From Lytechinus pictus (lineage: Eukaryota), in NCBI RefSeq assembly GCF_037042905.1, contig NC_087245.1:1862001-1926000 (forward strand): a stretch of 64,000 nt of DNA, in the 5' to 3' direction. Positions 14,591 to 28,398 of the stretch are shown piece by piece (position 1 is the stretch's first letter; each line of letters opens with the position of its first letter). The notes under the pieces were generated by a model, which was not told the DNA's origin, did not search any database, and worked only from the letters and a program-made list of their open reading frames with translations. The translations under genes were made by a program, and so were the position numbers.

Positions 14591-16405
14591 AATACCGTCT
14601 AGCACACTAAGCACGTATCTTCAGCCTGACACACTCGACTCGAAACGGAAGTAAATGCATAATACTTGAGGATCTTGAGGAAACCAACATTGTGTACCGA
14701 CTGTATACTGCAGAAACATTCAACTCACTGGACAACTCCAATTCGAATGCCATTTAAGATATTCAAACCCATTTACTCGTATATTTTACCTAACTGCTGC
14801 ATATTTGATATTGAATCCATCACTATAAACAGTTTAGTAGGAATTCACTTTACCCATAACTTACGCTCAGGTTTTAGGTCAGGCTGCGTTTAGAAAGTGC
14901 CTTACATATCTCTGAAAATAATAAGATATGAAACTCTCATTCACATACGTGCATCACTTAGCATCTAAACGATTTCGGTTTCACATCATGATTTTTCTGG
15001 CTCAGATATTTTGTCTCATATCGAGTTACCCTTTTTCACTCACTTATTTATGACAGTTGTCTGATTGCATTTTCTTAATATCTATCTTGTAGCATGAGCA
15101 ACACAACTAACTTCATCACATTGTAACTTAAAAAAATTGTCTCAACATTTCTTAAGACTTGTTGATGGTTATAACTTCTCCTGAAATACGAAACGTTTAC
15201 TTGCTATCAAAATCATTAAGAGAGAAGGAGTGAAGCTTCTTGAATTTCACTTAACTAACGTTTAATCAATTAGATCAGAAGCAATTAAGATGTCTTGGAG
15301 CAATACTGACCCGAACATGTACCAACATTGTTTCATCATATACACCTCCTTTCTGTGTGAGTGATTTAATTATAGCCAGTAACAAACATCGCTCTTTACC
15401 TTCTTTAATTGCCCAGTAACCAGTTGGCCAAAGTGTTTTCTGTCGGGGATCATGCCAGAAGAACAGGCCTCTGATTAAGCCTTATTCACTTTCCATCTCA
15501 ATTAGATTAGGTTACGTAACCGTTATCAAAGTTCATATTTAATTGCAGAAGAGAATAAGAGCTACCATCATGAGTTTAAAGTCTGTAAATAAAGTAGCTT
15601 TTACCAGTTATGCAGTTTGCTAATGTATTCAAATCAAATTTGTGCTCCTTTTACATTTTGTTAGTATGTATGGATATTAGGACATTTCACTGCTTGTATT
15701 CTCAAAATAAAGACATTTTGTAAATTGAATGAAATTACGTTAACTATTCCGTTTTATGTACACCTAAATAGACTGTTGAATAATTGTCAGGTTAAATGGG
15801 TGTTTATCACAACGGTCTAATATTTGTCATTATATAAAAAATAGATAGATGCGATTTCTTTTTAAAATTAAGCGCTTGTGTGTGCTAGGGATTTTAAAAA
15901 TTCATCAATACATACTTGATCACCATGCGCTATCCGTGATGCTGTTCATGGCTTGGCTTCCAGATAAAGATAAATAATAGATTCGTGGATTTAAGAATGA
16001 ATTTCAATTTTAAATTATGGAAGGACACATGTCATATTCTTGTCAGTGTGTAATTTTTTCAATGAGATTGGACCTCGGTATCTCACTTTTAGTTGAGCTA
16101 ATCTGATATTAAGCTACTCTTGTCTTATTGAATAACTAAGCTAAATTGACATGAGGCAAACAACGTTATTAAAGCCATGGCCGTTACTCTAAATGTAATA
16201 TATGCCCTGTGGGTGAACATAACAGACTAGGAACCACACAGGATAACCTCCTTTCAGATTCACCACCTTCCACATCTTAATAAAGAGAAGGGAGAGAAGA
16301 GAAAAGATCTCCTAACTTAATTCTTAGGACGAGGATTGCGAACGCATGTCCAAATTAAGTGTGGCACCCCCCAAGGCGGACCGCTTTAGTTTTCACTTTC
16401 TCCAG

Positions 16406-16581
16406 AATGGTAAACGAACCCTTCTGTGGTGACATAATACACGCGGAGCTAAAGATCGGGCAGAGAGTTTCACCGAGTGAGATGTTGTTCGGACGCAGTC
16501 TCGAGCGGCTGTTATCTAGAGTAGATGTGTACGTGTTCAGCCGAGTAGAAACCCACTTAGTGTTCTCATGGCGCGCAACAG
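16406..16581 (+). other. Candidate isolated exon (176 nt), unassigned
   Basis: Acceptor TTTTCACTTTCTCCAG at 16390-16405, weak donor CAG|GTGACA at 16581/16582, locally higher GC, one frame open (MVNEPFCGDIIHAELKIGQRVSPSEMLFGRSLERLLSRVDVYVFSRVETHLVFSWRAT). The peptide is not recognisable. Confidence 0.2.
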
Positions 16582-17885
16582 GTGACATCACGTGACCCTC
16601 AAAATGATGGATAACAGTTTCCGGATAGCAAAATGCATGTAAATGCATATGCTTACACACAAATACATCCACTCCCTCAAATACACGTACATACATACAT
16701 ACAATTATTTTCAAAATACACGCTCTCATTATCTGCCACACACCAAAAGACACACAAACACACCCTATACACATCTGACTATTACATACCCCCTCTCCTT
16801 CCATTCTTCTTCTTTTTCTTTTTTTCTTCTTCCTTTTATTTTTTATCTAAATAAAATTCGCACATACCGGTTTATCCAAACATCTCTCGTCTTTGCTGAT
16901 TCAAGTCAGTTTATTGGACCCTAACTGGGGACGTGAATTTATCAGATAATATGTCTGCCTGTAAATAAAGGCCGGGAAGGGAAACCCCAACTTATAGGGC
17001 CTGCTGTTGCCATCCCCATTCTACCCTCTAGAATTGTATGTAAAATTATTTTGATATGTATGGCTCTCATTGATTAAACACTTGAAATCTTTATGGAGTA
17101 CAAGAGTATTCTTTAAGATAGAAATTTCCCAGAATCATGTATGATACTATAACTCAAACAATACTTGAATGTATGAATCCATCGTCCAAGGGTAGTTCAC
17201 TGATATACCATAGCATCCAATTATTATTCTTCACAGTCACTACTGATTCCGCTGTACAAATATTCAAATCAGAATTGCCATATGAATAATGGGAAAAGGC
17301 TGGATGACATTCGTTCGACTTCATTACATCAAATGATTTATTCAATGGCTTTAATGAAAAAGAATTACAATGTTCCCATGGAAACGAAGTCGTTATCCCA
17401 GTAGAATGTAACTTAAGTAGAGTGTGCAAACACTAACCATGACTACTAAATAGTCCTCGGGAAACTCGTTTGCTTAGTATATTTAGTTGACAAACGAAGC
17501 ATTGCCAATATCTGATGTTATAATGAACATTCATCATGTTCATACTAATATTGGGGTATTGTTAGTAAGTATTGTAGGAAAAGACATTGATGGCCATTGA
17601 TCATTATTTTGTCAGGGAATTTTTCCAGATTATTCTTTAGGTTTAAAATGTTTAGCCACGTCTTGATGAACTTCCTTTTCTCTCTTTTCTTTTCGGTATA
17701 CCAAGTTAAGTCAAACACAATTGGTCGTACGATGTCGTTGAAGTGAGCCTTCCACTGTCTTGTGAATCATGTTGTTCAGTATAGACGATAACCGGCAATA
17801 CTTCTTAACGAAGATGAGTTCATAATTCGTCCTTTATCATCTTGTTACTACAATTGGCATTATTAATACAAAGCCAACGTGCCTG

Positions 17886-18056
17886 GTGGCCGTTTCATAA
17901 AGCTGTTCGTAAGTTAAGAGCGACTTTAAGAACGACTGGTGATCCTTTCTTATGCGCAAAACCATCGCTAATGAATATACCATTTATCAAAAGAAAGGAT
18001 CACCAGTCGTTCTTAAAGTCGCTCTTACCTTACGAACAGCTTTATGAAACACCCAC
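17886..18056. mobile_element. Palindromic PIF/Harbinger-type MITE, family A copy 1 (171 bp)
   Basis: Inverted arms of about 65 bp (GTTTCATAAAGCTGTTCGTAAGTTAAGAGCGACTTTAAGAACGACTGGTGATCCTTTCTT). CTG 3-bp TSD on both sides. Two more copies at 36725 and 37745. Confidence 0.9.
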
Positions 18057-19277
18057 CTGGACCGTTATTGACATCGAATCTTGCAGCAGTATCATTCTTG
18101 TTTACTCCCTTTCTCGCTTTCTCTCTCTCTTTCTCTCGTTTAATCTCTCTATCATATTCATTTTGTGATTTCGAAGTCCTGACATAAATGGAGCCAAATT
18201 TTAAATGTTGTGTCTTAAAGTATAATGATTAGGCCTATGCTTCCGTACAAGTAGTGAATTCTTTTAATGTAATTAAAGTACAATGAATTGTTGTTGAATA
18301 TTCTTTTGCATTACATTTCTGTAGTGGACTGTCTAATCAATGTTTATTTGCATGCATTACTTTATCTGAAATTGCTCCTTCCACCAAATGTGTTTGAGTA
18401 AATAATATAATTCTGAAAGCTGGACTTAATGCTCAAGAATAGCTTGTACAGAACTTCTTTTCTGTTTTCATCACCAATATGAGGGTCACGGCCCCTTCGC
18501 CCCGCCCCTCCCCTTCATCCGCCTATGCACATGATGCATTAAAGCAGCCTGTCCAAACTACCTCATAAAACTTCCAAATCTGTTCTTAAATGTTTGCTTG
18601 TAAAAGGGTATGATCTTGAACTCGGCTTTTGAGCGATAAGACCAAATCACTTGTTTACTACGACTGTAAAGTTTTATTTATAAAAAGAAATCGTCAATAA
18701 ATCACCATTGCATCATGGTGAATCATTAATAGAGGTCATAATTCAGTGTCTGGAACATAGATCCTAGGAGTAGGCAGCCATTATCAAAAAAAAAAATTTC
18801 GTTAAGAATAATACGGTAGCTTGATTTTTTTTTTCGATTTTACACACAAAAATGGACGATCATTGTAAGCCTTTAACTTTGAATGGCGTCTTTATGTCTG
18901 AGACAGCGATTGCTTTATCAAACTGAATTGATTCCCTCACAATAAAGAACGATTCAATAAGCTCTTTCAGAAGAAATCATCCGTCATATATCGAGCTCAT
19001 TATATTCTGCAGTCTTCGAATAAATCAAGTCAAAAGATTTCCTTCCATTGCATTCCTTTCGCCCTAAACGGGAAAAGATTTTTCCTCATTACTCATTTAG
19101 AGTTCGAATGTGAAATTGTGATGCTTTGCATTTATTCATACCCTTTACTCTTCCCATGGACTGTGCATGGGGGATTATGTGGTCGGAAGTTTGTAAGGTG
19201 GTGTTCGGACATGATGAGATGATTGGATGGGTGTGTGGGTGTGTGGGTGTAAAAGGGCACACGCCTCTCTCCCACAC

Positions 19278-19281
19278 TTTC

Positions 19282-19322
<41 letters not shown>

Positions 19323-19341
19323 CTCCCTTTCTTTCTTTCTC
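19278..19341. repeat. (CT)n microsatellite
   Basis: Direct dinucleotide run. Confidence 0.95.
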
Positions 19342-21399
19342 TACTTTAAAATTTCTATTTAAACTAAATTTATTATCTTATACAGCACATTGTAATATAT
19401 CTATGTCTGCGTTTTAATTAGCATAAATTAATTTTAAAACATACCGATTTATGAACAACTGTCAGTACAATTTGTATAGGGTGATTGACAAAGTAAAATA
19501 AATTAGCCATGCAATTATTATACAATATCCTTATTTAAAGCATTCCGCCGTCAATTCCTTCAATAAACAAACCATTTCCAATGTGTAATGGAAAACAAAT
19601 CATAAACAAGATTGATTTATGATAATGAATAATCAATAATCACACCTCTTTTCCGTAGATGAGGCATACAAACTATTACTACCTATGTAATGTGAATTTA
19701 CACGGTTTATCCAAATCGCCTCAAAAGAACATCTCATCACTTTCGCTAACGGTCATTATTTGCTTACTAATAAAAATTAATTAAATAAACTTATTAGATT
19801 ACTTTTACGCATGAATGTGACAATTTTTTTCCAAAGCAAACGCTGTGTTCAATTTTTATACAAGTGGGACATTTTTAGAAAAAAAAGTAGAATAAAAGAT
19901 TTAATCATTATGAAAATGACAAAATGATTAAAAGGTGTGTAATTCTTTCTTCAATAAAACAACCAAATGTCAATGTACTGTATAATTCAAGTTAGAAAAA
20001 TCACACTTCCTTTCGTAACCAGTGATCATCACAAAAATATTTTCTCTAGCCTACTTTCAATAAGATAAATAAAAAAGCACGATTGTCCACAAAATATTGT
20101 TTCAGGGTCACTTTTAGCTAAGGATAAATAGGTTCATTTTACAAGACTTTGTCTCAAATTTTATGATGTGAACTTATAATTAACGTCATTTGACTTAATA
20201 TGATTTTATGGGTAGTGCTATCTCTAAAATTTGGAATCAAATCAAGAATGTTTATCTTATAGACGCTTTGGTCTCCATGCAATTAATTTCCATATTAGCT
20301 AACTGGATTGGAGTAATAAACTAATCAGACTTATTGAGAAATACCGACCCTTCTAGGGTTAACGTATTTTTCACGTCTCCCCGATATTGATTTTAAACCT
20401 CTCCCCTATCCTAAGTGTCACTGTGAATAATAGAAATGAAATTCATCAGCACTTTGATGCACTTCTCTTTTTGGAGGGGGTCTTAGCACTCCCCCTTAGC
20501 ACAGCCTTACGGTCGCAAGCATCGTCATCATCACTGCCTCTTCCCTTGACGAAATGTTATTCTCTAGCTCTAAGACATTGTATAAGGTGTCGTTTGTTTT
20601 AAAATATTACGTTAGGAATTTATGATTCATCGTTTCAAGAAAACTGATCATGTCAATTGAAATACATTGCCCTTGTACACTGACAATTAAAAAGTAAATA
20701 ATTCCAAAGTGATATTTTCAGCTCTTTTTGTCCCTATATTTACAACGCTCTCCTTAATGTCCCGATTCGATTAAAAATAAGGAAGTTTTGTACTTCAGTT
20801 TGCTCGCAAAAGAAATTTTAAAAACATAAGAGGCGTATGTAATTACAACTGAATTGTGACATTCTTATTTAGTGTTGAGCTGCCCTATACGCTCTGCCGA
20901 GTTCACTGACCGTAAGTGTTCAGGGATTCAAAAGTCAAGATGCAATTCAGGTTTGACCCCATTTCAAGTCTCGTCTTGGGACAGTCTAATTAGCATATCA
21001 ATCATACATGTTAGCAGGCGCCTACAAATGCAGAGAAAGTTAAAAGTGAAAATAAAACAAACCAGCCATCAACTAGGGACATCAAAATAATTTCTTCATA
21101 AGAGCGAAATATTAGTCGAAATCACCCAGACTGTTTCATAATGATATTCGTAGTGTCACGTTTGAATTTACCACCAAAATATAGTATAAAAGACCGCAGT
21201 GGAGGGGATTTTATAAGATAGACACTTAAGTAATTGTGTTTGTGATTGTAAAACCAATAAAACACATAATAAAAAACACTTAAACTGAGTTGAAATATTC
21301 GGATGTTTACAAATAAATGTTTAAAAAAGTCTAAAAATATTTATTTCGAAGCACACAACTGGGCACAGAGTGAATTGATGTATTTAATGTATATTTTTA

Positions 21400-21812
21400 G
21401 GTTTATTTCCAATTCGTCTAATGCCAATTCGTCCAATTACCAACTCTTCTACTATCATTTGGTCTACCATCGGTTAGTCCAATCACCACATGGTCTACTT
21501 TCATTTATTCTAATATCATTCCGTCTGATAACCAGTTGGACAAATGGCTATCTAGTCCATATATCATTTGGTCTAACTGGACTAAGTGTTAAATTGTGCA
21601 AAATGAATGAAATGGATATTAGACCAACTGGTTATGAGACGAAATGGTCATAGGCGAAATTGTGATTAGACGAAGTGATGATTGGACGAAATGGTTAATG
21701 GACCAAATGGTTGTTAGACGAAATGTTGATGGACCGAATGGCATTAGACTAAATGAAAGTAGACCATGTGGTGAGAGGACGAGTTGACAGTAGACGAACT
21801 GGCAATTTTCCC
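21400..21812. mobile_element. Foldback-type element built of ~15-16-bp tandem subrepeats in inverted arms
   Basis: Left-arm units like CCAATTCGTCTAATG / CATTTGGTCTA; right-arm units are the reverse complement (TAGACGAAATG / TGGACCAAATGG). GG...CC termini. Confidence 0.8.
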
Positions 21813-23223
21813 ATTTTAAGACATCATGAAAATATAAGGCATCTTATTTGGCTCTTTATATACAAGTCGTTCATGAGAGCACTTTGCGAGCAGTATTATA
21901 AAGCCCCCTCTTATTTATGATTCTTGTATAATGGATACCATCATACTCTTAACATTGTAAAGATATTTGCACATTGAATGTCTATATATAAGATTTGGCC
22001 TGCATGAAGAAATTTATTCAAATCACCATGTATGTGTCTACGAATGTATGTTTAGTCGTTATACGAACTAGGCATGAACGATAAAGAGTTGAATGTAAAG
22101 GAATGGACAGACAACCCTTTATAAGTCTACATAGATATATCCTTTTCAAATAGACGTATGACTTGAAAATAAAGATATCTTTTTATCAAAATACATTGCA
22201 ACGTTTGCTCTCTATATCTCAAAACACATCAATCACTCCTGTGAAGAAGACCTTGTAATGTAAAATATTCAGTGCTTCGGAGATGGAGAGTGACTGTGTA
22301 GTAATACATGTATGCCATTTGATCTTTAGGTTGTTTCTAGCGACTTATAAAAAAGTAAATAAATGAGTATAAATATATTACGCCAATTACAAATGAGACA
22401 AAGCTTAGAACTGATGGGAAACTATTCATTCCTAGAGCAAATTTTATTGTTTGTCTTTTTTGTTTAAAAAAATTTCCACATGTTGACATATTAATTTTAT
22501 TCTGCGACATTATACACCAATTATAATACAATACAATGATATTTTAATCGCTTTCACTCTCATTTTAAAGATCTGGAGATTTAATGTTCTATTATGAATA
22601 GTTATAGTAAAGACACGTTACAATGATAAGCTAAAGTATTCCATTTTTTTTGCCATTGTACGGTTTGGAAAAGTCTCAAAAATCAATCAAAGCAACGTCC
22701 TTGACTTAAATTAGAATAATGTAATACATCTTAATACGCTTGTCTGCCAATGACGTGCGAGTCCCCAGATTCTTTGTCTTTTTCACTCACAATTTAACTC
22801 CTGACGAAGAAGAAAGGCTGTCGAAAAGCTATAAGTGAAAAAAAGCTATTTGCCACAATTCTTTAGCTGTTACTTGCTGTATCCCGTGTATGAATATGTA
22901 GCTTGTACATATATTATTTATATCTTTCTAAAGAGTTGGAGAGAAAGGGAGGTAAGAATGGGGACGGAGAGAGAGGGAGTGATAATACTCCACCTCAAAT
23001 TTGTAATGATATGTACCTTGAATCAAACTGAACCTATATAAAGGGTAAAAGTAGTGTTTTCACTTTCCCTTCGACTGGAGTAAACTGACACTAAAATGGA
23101 TGTTTAATATGGAAACGGGTTTACAAAACTCCTTTCTTACGAACGGAAGCTAATGCTAAGACTGCCTTATTGGTAAGAACCTGCATGGGCAAAAATTAAG
23201 AAACATAATAAAAATTGTTTCAT

Positions 23224-23340
23224 AATTTTGCTCATGCTGAAATAGTGAAGCAATGTTAGTGCACCTCATACTTCTTTATTATACAGAGGTATGAGTGCAT
23301 GTTCATTGCTCCACTATTTTGACATGAAACATGAAAATTG
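23224..23340. repeat. Imperfect inverted repeat (hairpin), probably the core of an old palindromic MITE
   Basis: ATAGTGAAGCAATGTTAGTGCACCTCATACTTCT pairs with AGAGGTATGAGTGCATGTTCATTGCTCCACTAT; the arms extend outward degenerately. Confidence 0.65.
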
Positions 23341-23935
23341 ATTAAGCCGTCAATGTCTATTTAATTTTCTTTCCTACTCCATCTTGCTCTCTCTCACACA
23401 CACACACACACGCACCGTTTCTTTGCCCCTCACCTTTAAATATATTTCTCTTTCTCTCTCTCTCTTTCTTCATCTCTTTCAATCCCAAGAACCTTTTAAT
23501 GTTTAATAACAGTTCCATTCCCCGTATCTCTTTTTATCGTATTAATTGCAATCAACACGATTTTAAAAGGCAATGGAAGGCCAAGGTCTTAGAAACGGCT
23601 TTAATCTCCAATAATGATCTAAATTCAGTGACTGATTTTGTTTTATCTAAGAAATTATTTTTACTCATAGGAAAGTGAGAGTTCTTTTTTTTTCAAGATT
23701 TCCATTCATTTCCGACAAAGCATACAGAGTCCCGATTTCTGATTTTATCACAACCCGAATTTTCTGAATAATGTCCATTTCAGAAGAAAATCACGATTTC
23801 CCATAAAAATTGTCTGAATTAGTTTACATTAGTTCATCCGTGCGCTTCATTACACCGTGTCTGCGTCCCAAATCTTCTTCCTTCTTTCATATATTTTCTA
23901 TCCTTCGATTTTCGCTTCATTTTACGCTCACCACC

Positions 23936-23973
23936 TTTGCCATGGTAACGCATAAGTCTCGTCTCTGACGTCA
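23936..23973. promoter_or_regulatory. X-box-like motif adjacent to a perfect CRE
   Basis: TTTGCCATGGTAAC (23936-23949) and TGACGTCA (23966-23973) in non-repetitive sequence. Confidence 0.4.
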
Positions 23974-24384
23974 TACTGTTGGTTGTTGTGCCTGGGTGGT
24001 AACCTTTAAAAGAGTGCTTCTCTTTCTCTCTGCTATGGTCGGAATATAATGTATCGATACTGACACACACTGTGCAAGAGCTACCTGTTGCATTTGTTAT
24101 TTACAGAACATTATGAATAGCCAATCTCACTATTCCTTTCACTCATTCTATGATCTGTCAAGTATTCATTAAAAGAAATTTCAGCTTTCGTAGTCGTGGA
24201 CATTTGATTTAGAATGCTGCTTTCCCCAGTTAACAAAATCGAGAATATTATTCTTTTTCAGTAATTTGGTTCTGAATGATATAGAGTTGATACTTGACAT
24301 TCTAGATGGAATTAGGAGTGGGTTTTCTTTGCAATCAAACTGTTAAAAAAGTTTGTATGATGATATCATTCTAATAAGTAGTAT

Positions 24385-24448
24385 TCTTCCTCTTTTTCTT
24401 CCTCCTCCTCCTCTTCTTCTTTTTCTTTTTCTTCTTCTTCTTCTTCTT
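24385..24448. repeat. (CTT/CCT)n microsatellite
   Basis: Direct triplet run. Confidence 0.9.
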
Positions 24449-26227
24449 GAGACAGAACTGGAACTATCTACTTCACCATCCTGATCACGCATTGTGAAAA
24501 ATCAGACACTATTTGATATAGATACATGATATTGTTATTGTGGTAAGGGAAAGAAGACGTCACAGTGCTTATTGAAATAACACAATCATGTTCCCACAAT
24601 CTGGGGACAATAAATGAAGTTTAAAGATCGTCGAATGGGCCAGGGTTTATTGAGGAGACGCATTGATTTCATCACCCCGACTCACTTTGCTTTAGCGAAT
24701 ATGGCGCCTCCCTGCACTGCTCATTAAAACTATGTTTACGTGCTAAGTGGAAGGTCTCAAGGCATAAACTTCCACTTTGAAATCTTACTTGAACGTCAGC
24801 TCCTAAAATTGCCCCGAAGAAGAACATTTATTCTTTTTTTTTTCAATGAAGGTGTTCGTGTTGTATCGATAAGGCCATCTGCGCACATGATTTACTCATG
24901 GACGGTCGAAATTGTTGGAAATGGACGAATAAAGGCTTTACTAAACTTAAATGTTGGATGTATTCTATACCGGACTTCAGCGCTCGTTATTGGCGCTTGT
25001 GTTGCCTCAAGCTCTTCTTTGGAGAGAAATAATGAGGAGTGACCTTTAATAGGACAACTTTTCTCTCGGTGATGTTCCGTTCCAGAAAGAAAGAAAATAG
25101 ACCTCAATTAAGAGCACAAGTGCAGTTCATTTGCATGGGTCATTAGATTTGAATCATTGAAGCGGGAATAACGGTGAGCCGTAGGCCCTTCCGATAGACT
25201 TTTTTCCCTGAGTGAGTCCTATACATTTGTTTACTTTGATAATCATTAAATAGAGAGTTGGGTAGGATTTTTTTTAATCTGATTTATTGAAATTTATATA
25301 TTTGCTGTCATAAAACATTACCTATTTGTGGAAATGTTACAAAATAACAAAATAGTAAAGTTTTAAGATGGAGACCGTTCATATTAATTGAAGTGTGGGG
25401 CATTGTGAACTTTAGTTGAGGTAAGGTCAATAGGAAGAGGCGACGCCACATAGACGACGAAAAGGGGCCGACCGTCAATGCCTATTCAAATAGTGAGAGG
25501 AAATGAAAAGGGGCAGAAAAGAGAAATTTAAAAAGAGGAAGAAAATATCGAAAAATAAATTAGAGTATATAATAAAAGGGAGTGGATTGGGTAAAAACAT
25601 TTTGTTCCTTTATTCAACTGAAAATAGAGAAATAGTTGACTTTATAAGCCCTCTGACTCTCAACCTCTTATGAAGTGGCAGCGAAACAAAAAATATCTCT
25701 CGCTTTCCAGCCCTGTTTCCGAGTAAGGAATAATCTATGAAGACCAAACAGCTAAGTAGAACATAGTTAAGGGTAGGTTCTTTCTGATAGATAATTGTTG
25801 TCTTAATAATCGGGGGATAGACACACCCACACATCCTACAATGTAATCACAAATCATATACTCTATCATTCCCAGAGCATTCAAACAGAACTCGCTGAAC
25901 TTCCAGTAATTACTCCTCGAACTCGTCAGACCCTAGCCTCGCATAAGCTCATCTTCAGCTTCCGTATGAATAATTTGAGCTTAGTAGATACTCTGACGTC
26001 ATTATAAACAGTTTTTTCGAACTGGCATTACCCTGATTTCAATTTACCAGTGACCACTGAAATCCATTTCCCATTAATCCTCTCTCTCTCTCTCCCTCTA
26101 TCTGTCGATCTTGCGATTTAACTTCATTTCTATATCGTGCAGACTTGACTGATATTCAACACGAATTGATGCAAGTAGCTGAATGTCTGGAGTAGTCAAA
26201 GTGTGTCACAGACCATGTAGAGTACTA

Positions 26228-26374
26228 CCTTGGTCACATTTGCTCTACGGAGGCCGTACGGCGAGTCAAAAACAGTCGTTTTAACATTTTTTGTACCAAC
26301 TACATATAGGTGGTTTGAATTAAAATTAATAAAACGGCTGTTTTCGACTCGCCGTAGAGCAAATGTGACCAAGG
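26228..26374. mobile_element. Short MITE with 23-bp perfect TIRs and TA flanks
   Basis: TA|CCTTGGTCACATTTGCTCTACGG ... CCGTAGAGCAAATGTGACCAAGG|TA, plus a second internal inverted pair (TACGGCGAGTCAAAAACAG / CTGTTTTCGACTCGCCGTA). Confidence 0.88.
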
Positions 26375-26441
26375 TATAACGAGTAACGTGAGCCTCCCCT
26401 GTTGCAATGATAGTCACTGTCACCTGATTATGTGCATCTTA

Positions 26442-26680
26442 ATGAGAACATACAGGTGTTTTGACAATAGCGACTACCAACGCGTAAAGGATCAGCTTTC
26501 TTGCGGTCTTGGTTTATGCATGGACCTATTAGAGATGGACATTCAACGCCATCATTTTCTTTGATCGAACGAGATCCGCCGCCTAGTGATGAGAACATAC
26601 AGGTGTTTTCACAATAGCAACTATCAAGGCGTATCTGATTATTAACAAAGGGACAGCTTTCTTGGTTTTGGTTTTGTTGG
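26442..26680. repeat. Local direct duplication, offset 147 bp
   Basis: ATGAGAACATACAGGTGTTTT(G/C)ACAATAGC(G/A)ACTA at 26442 and 26589, both followed by CAGCTTTCTTG. Confidence 0.8.
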
Positions 26681-27082
26681 CTGATACCCTGTGTTAAAAA
26701 ATGTTTTTCAATCAACATGCTTTAATTTTGAATCAGCAAATTAAGAAGCAGCCTATTTTGTGACATAAAATGTGTTATTATTTGATCCGCACACTTCCAC
26801 ACGCACATAATGACCTCAGCAACATGAACAGATAAACGCCCTGTACACGATTTGAGCCATGTATCTCTGGAATATTAGGAGGAAAATTGGAAAAAGTGGA
26901 TAATTAATAAATAATAGTAGACATTCAAACACAATATTGCCTCTGTATGCATACATTTTCCCAAATAAAACACATAGAACTATAAGATTGTCAAAGGTAA
27001 ACCAGAACGGCACATCGATTTTCCAGCTTTGTCATCTTCTGCGCATACAGTTTGTGCAATATCAGTGTCTAATCACGAACTT

Positions 27083-28111
27083 GGGCCCGTTTCTCAACAC
27101 CGTCATAAGTCTAACTTCTTGACTAAATCGGAGATAGTGAGCTACTTGTCCGCTAACCGTTTCACGAAGCCATCTTTACCAAGATCGGGTACAACAACCT
27201 CACTAAATATTTATGACACCTCCGAACCTGTCATAACTTCTTTCTTAATGACGTAGTGGCATCTCATGGGTAGACTATGACATGCAAAATTGCCTCGAAA
27301 TTTGACAATTGTAATCTTACGTAATCATTCATAGAAGTTTAAATTACATTGCAAAACAGGTGTGATAGATCATTCAATAATAATTTTTATGCACAGAAAC
27401 TATCAAAACTGTTGGTAAAACGCAACAAAACCACTCATTTTAAAATAGTAAAGTAATTGAATCGATAAAGATTCTACCACGGCAGGTCATCCATAACTGG
27501 ACTCGTATTCGTCGTTTTCAAACACTTATCAACATTTTTGATAAATTCTATCTCTAATTTATGCAAAGAATTTGTCAAATCGTGTGTTTCGGTATGTAAA
27601 AAAAAAAAAAAAATTAATTTAAACTATATTTTGATGATGTTTGGAACCATAAATAAACGTATAATTATCATTATTTTACAAAGATAACAATTGTGGTTTA
27701 CTTTCGTAAACTATCAAAATTTACTATCCCGGGGATACCCATCTCATTGTCCCCATGTGATTTTTAGTCATGAAATGATATATTCATAATTTGATTTTCT
27801 CAGCAATTAGATGCTCAAGTCTTCATGGTTTAAGTATGCATGGTTCATATTTTGCCTCTGCTATTATTTTTATTAGATGTATTTCCAAATTAATCACAAT
27901 AATTGCAGTTTTATCACATTTTTGCTTTTCAAAAATTATGCTATTTTGTGACTAAGGCTACGTCTCGTCTGCTCTTTCTACCGATAGTATCGATATCAAG
28001 GGATTCTAGTTAGGAAGCCCTTCGTGAAACGGGTTTAGTAAGATTGGAACTAACTCCGTGGTTGGTGGATAAAGATATGACTAACTTGTCCAGGTGTTGA
28101 GAAACGGGCCC
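27083..28111. mobile_element. Non-autonomous PIF/Harbinger-type transposon (~1.03 kb)
   Basis: 19-bp perfect TIRs GGGCCCGTTTCTCAACACC ... GGTGTTGAGAAACGGGCCC, subterminal inverted CCGTTTCACGAAG/CTTCGTGAAACGG, and 3-bp flanks CTT/CTG. Confidence 0.85.
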
Positions 28112-28165
28112 CTGTTTCTTTCAACTCATGGCCTAATTGAAGGCGGAACATGGTAGGATGGAAGT

Positions 28166-28398
28166 AGAAAAATATGAAGAGAATGTTATTCAGAGCACAA
28201 TGACGGTCACATGTTAGTGAATTCATTAACAATTCGATGATTGTCCATCTCTAAAAGGTCCATGGTTTATGTTGGCTGATGTACTGTTTGACGGTGACTC
28301 TCAAAGAATCAAAGGAGAAAAATATAAAGAGAATTCTATTCAGAAGACAAAGACAGTCTCATGTTTAGTTCATTCATTGACTAACCGATAAATGTCTG
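28166..28398. repeat. Diverged direct duplication, offset 150 bp
   Basis: AGAAAAATAT(G/A)AAGAGAAT..TATTCAGA..ACAA.GAC.GTC.CATGTT at 28166 and 28316. Confidence 0.75.

Noticed and set aside
13986..14610. The three long overlapping ORFs (201, 172, 147 aa)
   Set aside because: Poly-F/L/S translations of a (CTT)n tract that lacks stop codons; no protein-like composition.
21400..21812. Periodic repeats that could suggest a CRISPR array
   Set aside because: Units are degenerate, abut each other without unique spacers, and flip orientation midway. The context is eukaryotic and there are no cas genes.
23224..23340. Pre-miRNA-like hairpin
   Set aside because: The arms continue outward degenerately as in decayed palindromic MITEs, and no known mature miRNA was recognised.
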